Of a DNA stretch of 64,000 nt, positions 52,170-64,000 are shown piece by piece; positions within the stretch are counted from its first letter, which is position 1, and each line of letters begins with the position of its first letter. The stretch comes from Macrostomum lignano. Taxonomy: Eukaryota. The translations under genes and the position numbers were made by a program. The stretch is taken from NCBI GenBank assembly GCA_002269645.1, contig NIVC01002152.1:1-64000 (forward strand), in the 5' to 3' direction. The notes below the pieces were generated by a model, which was not told where the DNA came from, searched no databases, and was given only the letters and a program-made list of their open reading frames with translations.

Positions 52170-52740
52170 CCTCTGAATCTTCCCACATCTTCCGAATCTG
52201 CCATCCTCATCTTCCGAATCTGCCATCCTCATCTTCCGAATCTACCATCTTTATCTTCCGAATCTGCCATCCTCATCTTCCGAATCTACCATCTTTATCT
52301 TCCGAATCTGCCATCTTTATCTTCCGAATCTGCCATCCTTATCTTCCGAATCTGCCATCCTCATCTTCCGAATCTGCCATCCTTATCTTCCGAATCTGCC
52401 ATCCTTATCTTCCGAATCTGCCATCCTTATCTTCCGAATCTGCCATCCTTATCTTCCGAATCTGCCATCCTCATCTTCCGAATCTGCCATCCTTATCTTC
52501 CGAATCTGCCATCCTTATCTTCCGAATCTGCCATCCTTATCTTCCGAATCTGCCATCCTTATCTTCCGAATCTGCCATCCTCATCTTCCGAATCTGCCAT
52601 CCTCATCTTCCGAATCTGCCATCCTCATCTTCCGAATCTGCCATCCTCATCTTCCGAATCTGCCATCCTCATCTTCCGAATCTACCATCTTTATCTTCCG
52701 AATCTGCCATCCTCATCTTCCGAATCTGCCCTCCTCATCT
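52170..52740. repeat. 22-bp minisatellite (cttccgaatctgccatcctcat) in ADRM1 intron 1
   Basis: About 26 copies. Confidence 0.95.
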
Positions 52741-52819
52741 ACTGAATTTACTATCCCAGTCTGAACTCTGATTAATCCAGGTTCCAATTCTCAGCATCTC
52801 GATAGCCCCAACCGCACAC

Positions 52820-53140
52820 CTGCATCCAGAAGAAGTACTTCTTGCTGCTGGATTTGAACTTGAGCAGATAAACCCGTCCAGTTGTGCACTGAGTCACCCG
52901 TTTAAATTCGCAATCATCAGGAAAGATGATCAAATCGTCTTCAACCAAGCCGCTGGTTCGATCTTTCCAACAAAAGTGCATCAGATTGTCGTCGCTCTGG
53001 TGCACGTAGACCATGCCCTTTTTATTGATAGGCCGGACCCAACCATCCTGCAGTGTCATCTTGCCAGCCTTGAATTCCACCAGATAGCGAGAGGCTGGAG
53101 CTACGGAACCGCCAGAGCCAGCGAATAAAGCGTGCGACAT
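52820..53140 (-). CDS. ADRM1: ADRM1 first coding exon (Pru domain)
   Basis: MSHALF...[10 protein letters not shown]...[39 protein letters not shown]...[20 protein letters not shown]; cag|gtgtgc donor; joined CDS about 455 aa. Confidence 0.95.
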
Positions 53141-54402
53141 TGTTGATTGGCGTGGGGTTTTCATGAAAGATTTGACAGTCTATTAGTGACTTTGGCTAGA
53201 TGCAGAGTTGATGATCTAGGTGATGACGTACATTAAAGTTTCAATACTTGTATCGCCTATAATTGCAAGTAAGCAATATAAGATCTCATGACTCAGGATT
53301 ATAATATGATATATTTTAACTAGACATGATATATAATATTAAAATAGTAATAATAGCATGTTTATTTAATTAATAGAATAGCTAAACAAAACTATATATT
53401 TATCTGGATATCCCAATATGAACATATAGGAAGGGTGCCCTAGACACTATTGCAAATAAATATTTGTGAACAAAAACATCTAAGAATATAGCACATGGCA
53501 GAATACATTATCAACTATAACTATATTATTGTCAGGTTATACTTATACATATATTGTCATTTATGTTGATACATATCAAAAGCTATATATCTAAAAAACT
53601 CATAATTAGGGCCTAGTTAAAAATAGATAAAAGCTTGTTTTTAAAAATAAAAGTTCAAGATACAAAAGTACGAGTAACTACGAGTATATCTTTAAACTTA
53701 AAGAATCTTTATCTAAGCATGTGGGGTTGTTTAGGTTGTCTAATGCTTTTTTTAATGGCTTTTTATGTACTTTGAGTATGTCACACAAATAATTTTATAA
53801 CATGAAAATAGATGAACTTGCAATTGCAGATAAACAAAACTATATTAATCAACAATAGTTTCCCTATATATGATCCTTTGGCAATGCTTAATATAGATTG
53901 TCCATTTACACTTGCAGGTTTTTCCTCCAACTACTAGAACTAGTACAATGTAGCCTATTTGACCTTTATAGTTTGCAAAACTTAGAAAAGCTAGCCTGTC
54001 AGCCATTTGAATAGAAATATATCATTCAAATTAAAGTCTAGACTATAGAGCCTCTGCCAAAGCAGAAAATGCAATTAGGAATATAGCTATAAATTGTCTA
54101 TCTACTATAGTACCTTGTCCAAATGAATTGGAATAGGATTTGATAAAATCAACCTTAGCATTTGGCAGAGTTGTCTAGATATAACCTCATTTTCGATAGA
54201 TGGTTGACATTGATATTCTTTGTTATCCTAGTTAAACTAGTTAGTTATATCTAGCAGCATTTCCTAATTCAAACCGAGGACTACTTATTGAAGTCCTAAA
54301 ATGGGGGCCAATCATTTTGTCTAAAAATAATTTGTCTGCTGAGCAGACAAAAACTCTTTTTAAACTGTTCATCTGCTAGGAAATAAGAGTAGGAATGCAG
54401 AG

Positions 54403-55187
54403 GGCTCATTCCATATAAGATGGACATATTTGGAAAATAGAAAAAAGTCAATATTTTTGCTTGCCATTGCCTAATTAGCCTATTTTTTACCAAATGTTTA
54501 TATTGTGCAATATATACAATCTAAGAATAAAGGAATGGTAAAATGTTGGATTAGTATGTTATCAATTGGCAAAAAGTCATTTTTGTAAAAATTTGGACAT
54601 TTTTCGAAGCAAAAGACATCATTAAGATTTTGTACCTTTTAAAAACAAATAGAAAGCTTTTGAAGGTTGAAACAAACTATAGATAAAAGTATAGTACTTG
54701 CATCATCAGATAAAAGCATTGGTGACCAAATAATCTATTATATTTTTAATGTATTAGTACCTCAAAGTTACTGAATTGACAGAAAAAAATATGTTACGAC
54801 CATAATGTTACGACCATAAGGCTGCCTTTTCTTTTGTATCTTTGTTGCCTTTTGAGTTTATATATTCTCATAAAAGAGTATGATTTCTAAAGATGTTCTT
54901 AGTCAAATTTTAAAAATGTATTGCAAAATATCAAAAATGAAAAATGTTATAAGACTTTTACCTTTTAGTTTCTATATGTCAAAAATCCTGTTGTTACGAC
55001 CATAAGTGTCATTTAAGGTTTAATAGCATCTATACTAATGATGATATCTATATGAAACTCTATAAATATATTCTAGACAAAATAATCTTTCATTTAAAAT
55101 ATTGGTTTAGTATATTCTATTATTAGATTTCATTTTATAAGTAAAAATAACCTGTCATGTTACGACCATGCTTATATGGAATGAGCC
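54403..55187. mobile_element. 785-bp MITE, 17-bp TIRs, 4-bp TSD, superfamily unassigned
   Basis: GGCTCATTCCATATAAG...CTTATATGGAATGAGCC; AGAG on both flanks; internal gttacgaccat motif x4. Confidence 0.75.
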
Positions 55188-55644
55188 AGAGTGAGATTGG
55201 AGCTACCTAACAATCTCTGTTGATATTGGTAAAAGTGCTGCAGGGGTTGGTCTTTTCAAATATGATAATCTAAACTAGTTTATAGACAAGCCATTAGGGA
55301 AAAGGTTATTTTAGAAGGGTGAGACATAGTATACAACAACTCTAGATTTGAAACAAAGCATGTCTTGTAGGCCTATCCAAGAATTGTTGAAAAAGAAAAT
55401 TTTTATTGATATTTTTAATCTCTAGAAAACTTTCAAAAGTTTTAGTTTTATTGGTTTCTAATCAAGCTTATTATTCTTTCTGTAGAAATTACTACAGAAA
55501 AGTAAAAATTCTATACAGTAAATAAAAAAATTAAATGCATGTGCATATAAAGTTTCACTACATTTTTTTCTTAGGCTTTAAAGGGCTCTAAATTAATATT
55601 TGCAATTTGGCACTAGTTAGGGCCTACTATTGCTACATTTAAAT

Positions 55645-56028
55645 TAGAGGTCGGGCGGGATCCTGATCCCGAAATCTCGGGATCCCGAGGAAAATTGAAT
55701 TCCCGCGGGACCAGACTCCCGACCCTAAAAAACTCGAGATTCGGGAACAGGTCTTTTGATTAAAAATTTATAGAATTAGTGATTACTTGAAGGTATTTTG
55801 CTTTAACTTGTACTCGTTACATTATTTACTTTGTTGGTTACAAAACTTCATATCAATTTCGTTGTTTTACTTCTTGATCTTTACAATCTTTTCTCAATTT
55901 TGTTTAACTTTACATGGACAATACACTAAAAGACCTGATCCCGATTCCTAAATCCCGATCCCGATCCCGAGAAAAAATTATTCCCAATCCCAATCCCGCC
56001 CAAAGATTTCAATCCCATCCAACCTCTA
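55645..56028. mobile_element. 384-bp hAT-type MITE
   Basis: TIRs TAGAGGTCGGGCGGGAT / rc TAGAGGTTGGATGGGAT (14/17); perfect 8-bp TSD ATTTAAAT; subterminal atcccg repeats. Confidence 0.8.
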
Positions 56029-58444
56029 ATTTAAATCCAACAATATGCACAGTTTTCTAACAAAAAAATCCATTATTTTATATATCCTTCTTGCATTTTT
56101 TGCTTTGCATGCTTGATGTATAAAGTAAACCTTAGGTAAAATAGTTAGGTCTAGTTAAAATGATAGAACCCATAACATTTTAACAATATTAACAGACATG
56201 CTATTAAGTGGCTCCTCACCCTAGGCCTACTCCTTTACTCCCTCCTATTTCCTAGCAAATGAATAATTTTAGAAGCAAAAGGCTTTTTGTCTACTTAACA
56301 AATGAATGAATGAGAAACCCCTAAAACCTCTATTGGAATAAATTGACAATAGGTGTCCAACCATCTATTGCTATTTTATAATTTTCTAGTGTTACATTGT
56401 GGTTTGAAATCAAGGGACCAGGGTTGGGAGTAGCTATAAGTGCAGTGCAATAGGCTACAGTATAAGTATTAACTAGGATTTTTAAATGAAATTTTGACCC
56501 AGCTTTATTTGCCAGAGACCACAGGGACAAAGTGTAGACTGATGACTGTCATGCTGAAATGAAAGTAGGGTGCTCATTCTAAGATTTTACAATTATTTTG
56601 CCTGGCTTAACAGCTTTGGCTTTAGAAGGTTCAATCAGGATTAGCACTGTCACATTGCATCAGATTCTGTATAGTAAAAGATTAAATGTTGCCTTGCATT
56701 TTTGAGCCACAATTTTAGACCCCATGTTGCATGTCTATCAACTATAGGTTTTCTATTCTTATTCCAATAAGGCCTAAAACCACCAAAAAATTATCTCAAA
56801 AGTTGGACAAATTGAGTTGTCTAGCTAGAAATTTGGGCTATCTTCTCAAATCGTTTGTTTAATTCCAACCCCCACCCCCCACCACCCTTGAATAGAGGGC
56901 GAAATAATCCCAGAAATAATTAAACGAACGATTCAAGAAGATTGCCAAAATTTGGTCTAGAGAGATTTTCCTCAACTTTGACTATAGATTTTTCCCAATA
57001 AAAGCAAACAAAAGCATAGAACTTAGAACTAGATATGTCTTGTCATGCATGATTCTTGGTAGGCCCTAATTTTTGTTTATTGCATAAATAAGTTTTTGTC
57101 TTAAGTTATAACACCCAAAATATTTAAAAGATTCTTAATTTTATACTTTGCTATTTTAATATTTCAGATACAGCCATCATGCCCATAGGCATAGCTAAAT
57201 TATAGATTTGGAATAAGCCTAACTAAGCAGTGTCATGTTAGTGAGACGTGTGTCAGGATTTTTCTCAAATAAATTTTTCGAAATCAATACGATTAAGTTG
57301 ATGAGTAAAAAAGGTGGTTCGTCCTATTTGGGTGTAAAAATCAATTGAACTTCGAATTCACCAATTTCAGATTTACCAATTTTCATTTATCAACAGCGGA
57401 CTCAGCACAGTCAGGCCAGTCAGCAGCTATATACATAAATGCGCTAGTAGCTGCAGTGGCAGCACGGCTAATTAAAATCTGCTAAATAATTTAGCAGTTA
57501 ATTCCTGAATCTTAGATAGAAGTGTACACAATAAGATTAACCAAATTTTTGAAAATTAATTTGTTCACTTTTTCGTCTATTTTTATCAGGGCTTAAAGCA
57601 ACGAAAAGAGTGATTTTATTATAACTCATAACTAAACTCGGAAAATATAGTCGCTAACTTTTAGGACTTTCTCAATAAAATTTTAGAATTCCGCCATCGT
57701 AGAACAGAACAAAAGCTGCAGGGGAGGTCATTGCTAACAATTATTACTAGGAGTTATGTTTTCTTAAAAAATCTTGAATGTGGCGCTTAATGAACTCTAA
57801 AATCTCAACGGTATTTTACACTTTGTTCCATGTGATGAGGACGCACTTTTTTGCAAATTCCACGCTAGCACATGGGCTCCAGACTTGCTAGCCTACTAAC
57901 AGCAGGCTATGGGAATTTTTCTCCTTTTTATGTAATTTTCCTAGAATTCATACTAGTAGGACTTTTGTAGCTATATACTTTTGCCATACTTGTAGTTATA
58001 ATAACATAGGCGCGGTTTTCGCTACTTGGGGTTATAAATCATCGCTTTTGAACTGGTTTGACAGCCACCTGCGCCTTACTCGGTGTTGAGGCTGGCGCCA
58101 GATGGTCTGAGAGGATGCGGGCGGTAGCTTTTTTCTCATCATTTTTTGACAGGCCATCAGATTATTAATGACGCCAGGGCCTAAGTTCGTGTTCACTCAA
58201 ACGTTTTGACAGCTTTGACAGCTTATGCGTTTTACCCCTAAAAGTACTTTGGGATTAGCGATTAGCGATTTCTCTTCATCATCTTCACTTTCTACTTAAT
58301 AAGATCTTTCTAATGTGTATTTTTTCATTAATTTTTGTCATTCCCATGCGAAAGGTCATAAATAATTATGTAGCGATTTTGAGAGATTTATGACTGCACC
58401 TGGCGTATTTTTATGGCCCTGAGGGAACTGATAGGATCTTCTGG

Positions 58445-58600
58445 TCACGTGAGTTTGGGTGGCAACAAGCTCAGCCAATCAAAAAATTCGACGTCAGTTA
58501 TAACAAATCGGCTCAGCCAATCAGCGTCGAGGTGTTTCATTATAACAAATTGCGGTCCAGTTGGCGGCTATAAAAACCGCCGTTTATGGCCTGCTCAGAC
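58445..58600 (+). promoter_or_regulatory. Pol II promoter-like module: E-box, two CCAAT boxes, CRE-like site, TATA, Inr
   Basis: TCACGTGA 58445-52; CCAAT 58475 and 58517; GACGTCA 58490; TATAAAAA 58569; TCAGAC with A at 58597 (28 nt after TATA). Confidence 0.55.
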
Positions 58601-60018
58601 TGCAACTTGGCCGGTCATCTGTCTTCTGACACCCGGCTGCTACTCGCGACCGTCGTCTCTTGATCATCGGATCGCGATCCTCCCCCCGTCATCATCAAGG
58701 ACGAATCCCCCCGGTCGTCAGCAGCGAACATCAAGGTTAAAGATCATCACCTGCTAGCTATCTGCGAAGATTGTGACATCAGCATATCCCGGGTCTACAG
58801 CTGCGAAGCACTAAGCCGATTCGGTCACTGTGGATTACCTGGTCTCCGGCTGTTGAGTTTCTGATTGGTTGGGTGAGAGGCTACCTAGAATTGCTTGATT
58901 GGGTGATTCCTTATCTGTCCCCTATTTCAGTAGCTGGATTAGGCGCACACTTTTGCTCATTTTGTTCAGTAGTGCTGTTATCGAGGCAGAAATATATAAT
59001 AATACTGTTAGTAGTCTGATTGCTCCAATTCTTTGGAGATGTACTTTGTGCACTCTAGGTCCGCAAAGCGGCTCGGGTAATGAATCATGCGGTCTCTGAT
59101 GTTCGAGTTAGCCTATCATCAGCGCTATGAGAGGCTGGTTGGCGCGTTGAAGGCCAAAAGTACAATTCCTCGTATTTAGCAATGTAATAGTACATGTAGC
59201 TACCCCATTAGCTCGCCACTGCAAGAATCCCCTGCACAAGTCCCCTCTGTACCTGCATGGCCAATCCGATCAAGTCCCAGCAGTGTCCCTTATCATCGGC
59301 TATGACTTCGAGATTGACAGCAAAAAGACACTAGTTGGCAGGTAAGTGCAAAGCCCCCTCTGGTCGGAAGCCCGATTTCGAGAGTCCCGGTTTGGTGAGC
59401 CAGGACACACGGGCTGGTGGCAGCGGGTTAGTTAATCTGCAGATCTCTACCTTCGAAATTCTCCCTGCTTGTCTCTCGCTGTCCCTCTCTTAGCTATAGG
59501 ACCTAGACTGCTCGCCACACGATCAAGCTACCATCGGGCTGACCATCTGACAGGAGTGGGGGGCCAGGACTCTAATTGATTTATTTCTGAGACCTGAGGC
59601 CCGAAGGCTTCCCGAAAGGGGCCGAAAAGACCGAAACCCATCACATAGGGCCAATGAATCCAAATAAAAAACCACGGCCTGTCTTTTGAATTGGTCTTTT
59701 GTTCTTTTACTTATACACTGAGCACACTATTTAGATTCTGTCGACCGTTATCTAGTTAATGCTCAAAGACTTCCCAAGGACTACTTAACACTTTACACTT
59801 TCAAAGTACACTTTAGAAACGCATCTAGGAATCCCGTTATTTATGGTATTTCTTTCTGGCAAAAAGGCCACTAAAACATATAGACATACATTCAAAGCGG
59901 ACTTTTAGAATTCTGCCAATATTTGCAAGTGTAACGTCCTGTGTTGTTAAGCAGTCCTTGAGACTTCCACACCCAAAACCAAATTTTTCTATTTTCAGTA
60001 GTAAATGACAAAATTGAC

Positions 60019-60771
60019 CAGGGGCGTCGCCATGGAATTTATGGTGGGGGCGGGACAAAGACAAGAATTCTACATTTTAGAATCCTACATCCTACTCATT
60101 TTAACGCCAAAAGCACTCATTTTGGCGCCGTACGCACTCATTTTAGCGCCGCAGGCACTCATTTTAGCGCTGCAGGCACTCATTTTAGCACCACAGGCAC
60201 TCATTTTAGCGCCGCAGGCACTCATTTTAGCGCCACAGGCACTCATTTTAGCGCCACAGGCACTCATTTTTGCGCCGCAGGCACTCATTTTTGCGCCGCA
60301 GGCACTCATTTTTTAGCGCCGCAGGCACTATTTTAGCGCCACAGGCACTCATTTTAGCGCCAGAGTCACTCATTTTAGCGCTGCAGGCACTCAGTTTAGC
60401 ACCACAGGCACTCATTTTAGCGCCACAGGCACTCATTTTAGCGCCACAGGCACTCATTTTAGCGCCACAGGCACTCATTTTAGCGCCACAGGCACTTATT
60501 TTAGCGCCACAGGCACTCATTTTAGCGCCGCAGGCACTTATTTTAGCGCCACAGGCACTCATTTTAGCGCCACAGGCACTCATTTTAGCGCCACAGGCAC
60601 TCATTTTAGCGCCACAGGCACTCATTTTTGTCGCCATGCAGCAAAATTAATGATTTCCACAATGGGCCACAAGGTGGGGTGGGGGGGACAAAGCACTGGC
60701 ATGCCCCCCCCCCAGATCTTTTACTGGGGGGGACATGTCCCCTGTCCCCCCCGCCGTTGGCGACGCCCCTG
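60019..60771. mobile_element. Second copy of the satellite-carrying hAT-type MITE (21-bp array x~25)
   Basis: Same 14-bp TIRs; flanks aaattgac/aaatggac (7/8); shared subterminal gggacaaag.caagaattctacat; array gcaggcactcattttagcgcc. Confidence 0.85.
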
Positions 60772-61304
60772 AAATGGACAACTAAAGCAGAAAATTAGCG
60801 CTGCGCTAGCGAATCGTTCAAATTTCGCCGGAGCTGCCGGTTTTCGGTGTACATGTAGACGTAATTAGCGAGTTTTCAGTACACTCACAAGTTTGTCGAG
60901 AAAGATTTTGAAAAAAATATGATTAGAGTTATCGCAATTTTGGTCGCCTTGGGTTGGAGAACCTCGCGGGAACAGTCAAAATATACATTTAAAAGTATAT
61001 CATTTCTGCTGAATTAAATGGATTTTGTAAAGATTTGCTTTTTTGGATATGGCGCTGATTGGATTTCGCGATAGACAAATTTGGTCAAGAAAAATCGACC
61101 GAGACCAAACTCTACACTAAAGAGATTTATAGATATATGAGAGCGGAAATTTCGGCGGAACTTGGCAATTTGAAGAACTTTTTATTTCATTTTTCATTTT
61201 AGTTCGGTGCCACATGTAGTATGTACAGACACGCGCAGTGTATTCGTATGTGCATAACCGTACTTGCTGATCTATAATCGTATTTTTAGCCAATGCCCAA
61301 GAGT

Positions 61305-61486
61305 GGGGGGCCGGGGGGCATCACAAACCCGAAATATCACAACTCCGAAAACCAAAATAGACATTATTCAGAGTTATGATATTTCGGGATTCTGGTACGC
61401 TCGTATTTCGGGTTATGATATTTCAGGTTTATGATGGGAAGTGCTTTCGGAGTTGTGATTTTTCGGGTTTATGATGGCGACCCCCC
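61305..61486. mobile_element. Short foldback/MITE-like element
   Basis: 32-bp inverted repeat (30/32) catcacaaacccgaaatatcacaactccgaaa; TSD unclear. Confidence 0.45.
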
Positions 61487-62538
61487 AGGAGTAGCTATTT
61501 TCTAGCTATTTGTGATCGTCCGCAGTCCAACTTCAAAAGCCGGTATGATTCAGATAAAAGTCTCAATCGATCGCAACTAACCGATAGTACGTAGATTAAG
61601 GTGTAATTTTGAACCAGAATTTAGCTCGTATGCGTACACACAAATGTCTGCTTGCACAACTGCAGAGCACACACAGTAAATTGTATGTACAATGTCAGCT
61701 TCCTGTTTATAGCCAATTCACCGCACCGGACAACATGTATAGCTTTTGTTAAGATTTTTGGCATACAAAGAAATCCCTTTGTGCGTCAACATAGCTGTTC
61801 GGGTCGTATGTACACGTTTAGCATGCCCGCGGGATTTAGTAGGGTTAAACTAATTGGCTCGAGGGACGTCGGAAGTTGTCATAGCAACCAAGGTTGGGGA
61901 TGTCGCGCACTACGCGTATTTCGTACCCACCCCACAGGTTGGGCAATGGCCGGAACCTAATAGAGAGGAAGCGAGGCCAGGGCAAACAATTCCGTCGGTG
62001 GCTGGCCAGGACCCCGGAGGGCCTCTCAAAGCTGTGGTTGTCAGGACCAACCCAAATATGCTCTGTAGCTGCAGTCGGCTTCCTGTAGGAGGTATGGGAG
62101 AGGATTTTCTAGGGAAGGACAGTGAGCATGCAGTGGACGGTTGCCTGTACTCAAAATGGGGTTGCAGTCAATGGCAGCTCTTTAACGACTCCCCCAAGCT
62201 GATTGCTGCGGACTGTAGGGCGAGGGAAAGAGTCCTTCACACACCAATGATCCCCTCGCGTGGCAACGCCAATTCTGAGCTGAACAGAAGTACATGCATG
62301 CACTCTCCTCTCTCTCTCTACCACCTATGCGACAGTTTCTCTCCCCCACTTTCCTCCCTCTCGCCCACCGTATCCAAGCCCTTTGCATCAGCCATTGCGC
62401 CAATACTAGCTATAGTTCCACAATAAAGAGCCGCTTCTGAGAAGCGATTGAATGGACTGGCTGGTGCCGGAGTTAGAACCTAGATTTCTTCATTTTCGAT
62501 CTGCGATCGCCTAAACTGAACCTTAACCTAAAAGCGAC

Positions 62539-62680
62539 ATGTCGGCCACTATTTCGACAATGCCGTCGCCAGCGACTAACACGACGGAACAGGACAAGTA
62601 CAGCCGGCTGACTGTGCCCTCCTTCTCCATTCAGTGGGCCGTGGCGTTGTGTACATGCAACTTTATTGTGCCTGGCTTGG
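62539..62680 (+). CDS. SPEC3/stum-family small membrane protein, exon
   Basis: ...VPSFSIQWAVALCTCNFIVPGLG matches the SPEC3/stum P....A..C...N...PGLG pattern; g|gtgagt donor, phase 1. Confidence 0.8.
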
Positions 62681-62717
62681 GTGAGTCCATATATGAGTGT
62701 CTGAAGAAGCATGTAGT

Positions 62718-62960
62718 GCAGGGTCCTGACATAGCTGCACTGTGCAATGTGCTGTCATTGCTGCAGGGTCCTGACATAGCTGCACTGTACAATGTGCTGT
62801 CATTGCTGCAGGGTCCTGACATAGCTGCACTGTGCAATGTGCTGTCATTGCTGCAGGGTCCTGACAGAGCTGCACTGTGCAATGTGCTGTCATTGCTGCA
62901 GGGTCCTGACATAGCTGCACTGTGCAATGTGCTGTCATTGCTGCAGGGTCCTGACATAGC
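62718..62960. repeat. 45-bp repeat x~5 in SPEC3/stum intron
   Basis: gcagggtcctgacatagctgcactgtgcaatgtgctgtcattgct. Confidence 0.93.
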
Positions 62961-63050
62961 TTCTCAACGCAGGATTCTTGGGAAAAATTTTAGCATTTTT
63001 TATAGCTGAGCAACTGTTTAAAAGTGCAATCATGTTTATCCTTAATTTAG

Positions 63051-63239
63051 GCACTCTGATGGCCGGGCTCTCTCTGTGCTGCCCGTGCAGCAATAGGAAA
63101 GATTTCGACTGTCGGGACACCTGCTGCTCCGCCTGCATCCAGCTGGGCATCGCCCTGATGCAGCTCCTGCTGACTCCCGTGTGCCTCGTTGGCTGGATTT
63201 GGAGCTGCGTTTGGGGCTTTGCTTTTATCGGACAGTCTG
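63051..63239 (+). CDS. SPEC3/stum-family protein, next exon; the gene continues and its end was not identified
   Basis: aatttag|gc acceptor; GTLMAGLSLCC...LGIALMQLLLTPVCLVGWIWSCVWG (GWIWS.VWG signature); g|gtgagt donor at 63239/63240. Confidence 0.82.
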
Positions 63240-63384
63240 GTGAGTTTCAAGTGTCGCCTTGGTACACGCGAATCATTTTACAGCCTCATTTGACCCCAAT
63301 AGGTTTGGGGCTCAGATTTCCACATGGCGTTGAACTCAGATACTAGCAAACGACATTGTGAGGTTGTTTGGTCCTATATAAAAC

Positions 63385-63895
63385 CGGATGTCATTTGGTT
63401 AGCTGAAGAACCCAGATGTCAATTGGTTAACTGAAGAACCCAGATGTCAATTGGTTAACTGAAGAACCCGGATGTCATTTGGTTAGCTGAAGAACCCGGA
63501 TGTCATTTGGTTAGCTGAAGAACCCGGATGTCATTTGGTTAACTGAAGAACCCGGATGTCATTTGGTTAACTGAAGAACCCGGATGTCATTTGGTTAGCT
63601 GAAGAACCCGGATGTCATTTGGTTAGCTGAAGAACCCAGATGTCATTTTGTTAGCTGAAGAACCCAGATGTCATTTGTTAACTGAAGAACCCAGATGTCA
63701 ATTGGTTAACTGAAGAACCCAGATGTCAATTGGTTAACTGAAGAACCCGGATGTCATTTGGTTAGCTGAAGAACCCGGATGTCATTTGGTTAGCTGAAGA
63801 ACCCGGATGTAATTTGGTTAGCTGAAGAACCCGGATGTCATTTTGTTAGCTGAAGAACCCGGATGCCATTTGGTTAGCTTAAGAACCCGGGTGTC
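63385..63895. repeat. 28-bp minisatellite (gatgtcatttggttagctgaagaacccg)
   Basis: About 18 copies. Confidence 0.95.
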
Positions 63896-64000
63896 ATTTA
63901 GTCAGTAGTTCTAGAGTAGTTCTAGTTCATGTAGTTCTAGAAGCAGGATATCGTTTGGCTATTTAGTTAAACCAAAGTGTTGATTTTCTAGTAGGATCAG

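Noticed and set aside
61854-62426. 190-aa ORF upstream of the SPEC3/stum exon
   Set aside because: TTG start, no recognisable motif, no convincing splice boundaries

Overview
Eukaryotic (metazoan) genomic DNA. GC-rich, Ala-rich spliced exons sit in AT-rich, minisatellite-saturated introns and spacers; this style suggests a free-living flatworm such as Macrostomum (inference, not proven). Five genes can be assembled from canonical GT-AG junctions. (1) The 3' part of a lethal giant larvae (Lgl) gene (+, 1926-6153) with an internal frame break near 3590-3640. (2) A six-exon orphan gene (+, 12389-24422, 3144 aa) encoding a signal peptide, an acidic Ser-rich segment, a degenerate MIDAS-less VWA-like domain and about 2860 aa of Lys/Arg/Trp/Tyr-rich repeats, including 40 tandem near-identical 53-aa units; this is the standout feature. 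(3) A single-exon myosuppressin/DMSR-type peptide GPCR (+, 31406-32836). (4) ADRM1/Rpn13 (-, 46625-53140). (5) The 5' part of a SPEC3/stum-family gene (+, from 62539). The rest is more than 20 tandem arrays, several MITEs (two hAT-type copies carrying satellite cargo), a 5.8-kb non-autonomous Helitron-like composite containing telomeric repeats, and a SINE. Most long ORFs in the track are translations of satellites. Gene and family calls come from motif recognition by eye; no searches were run.
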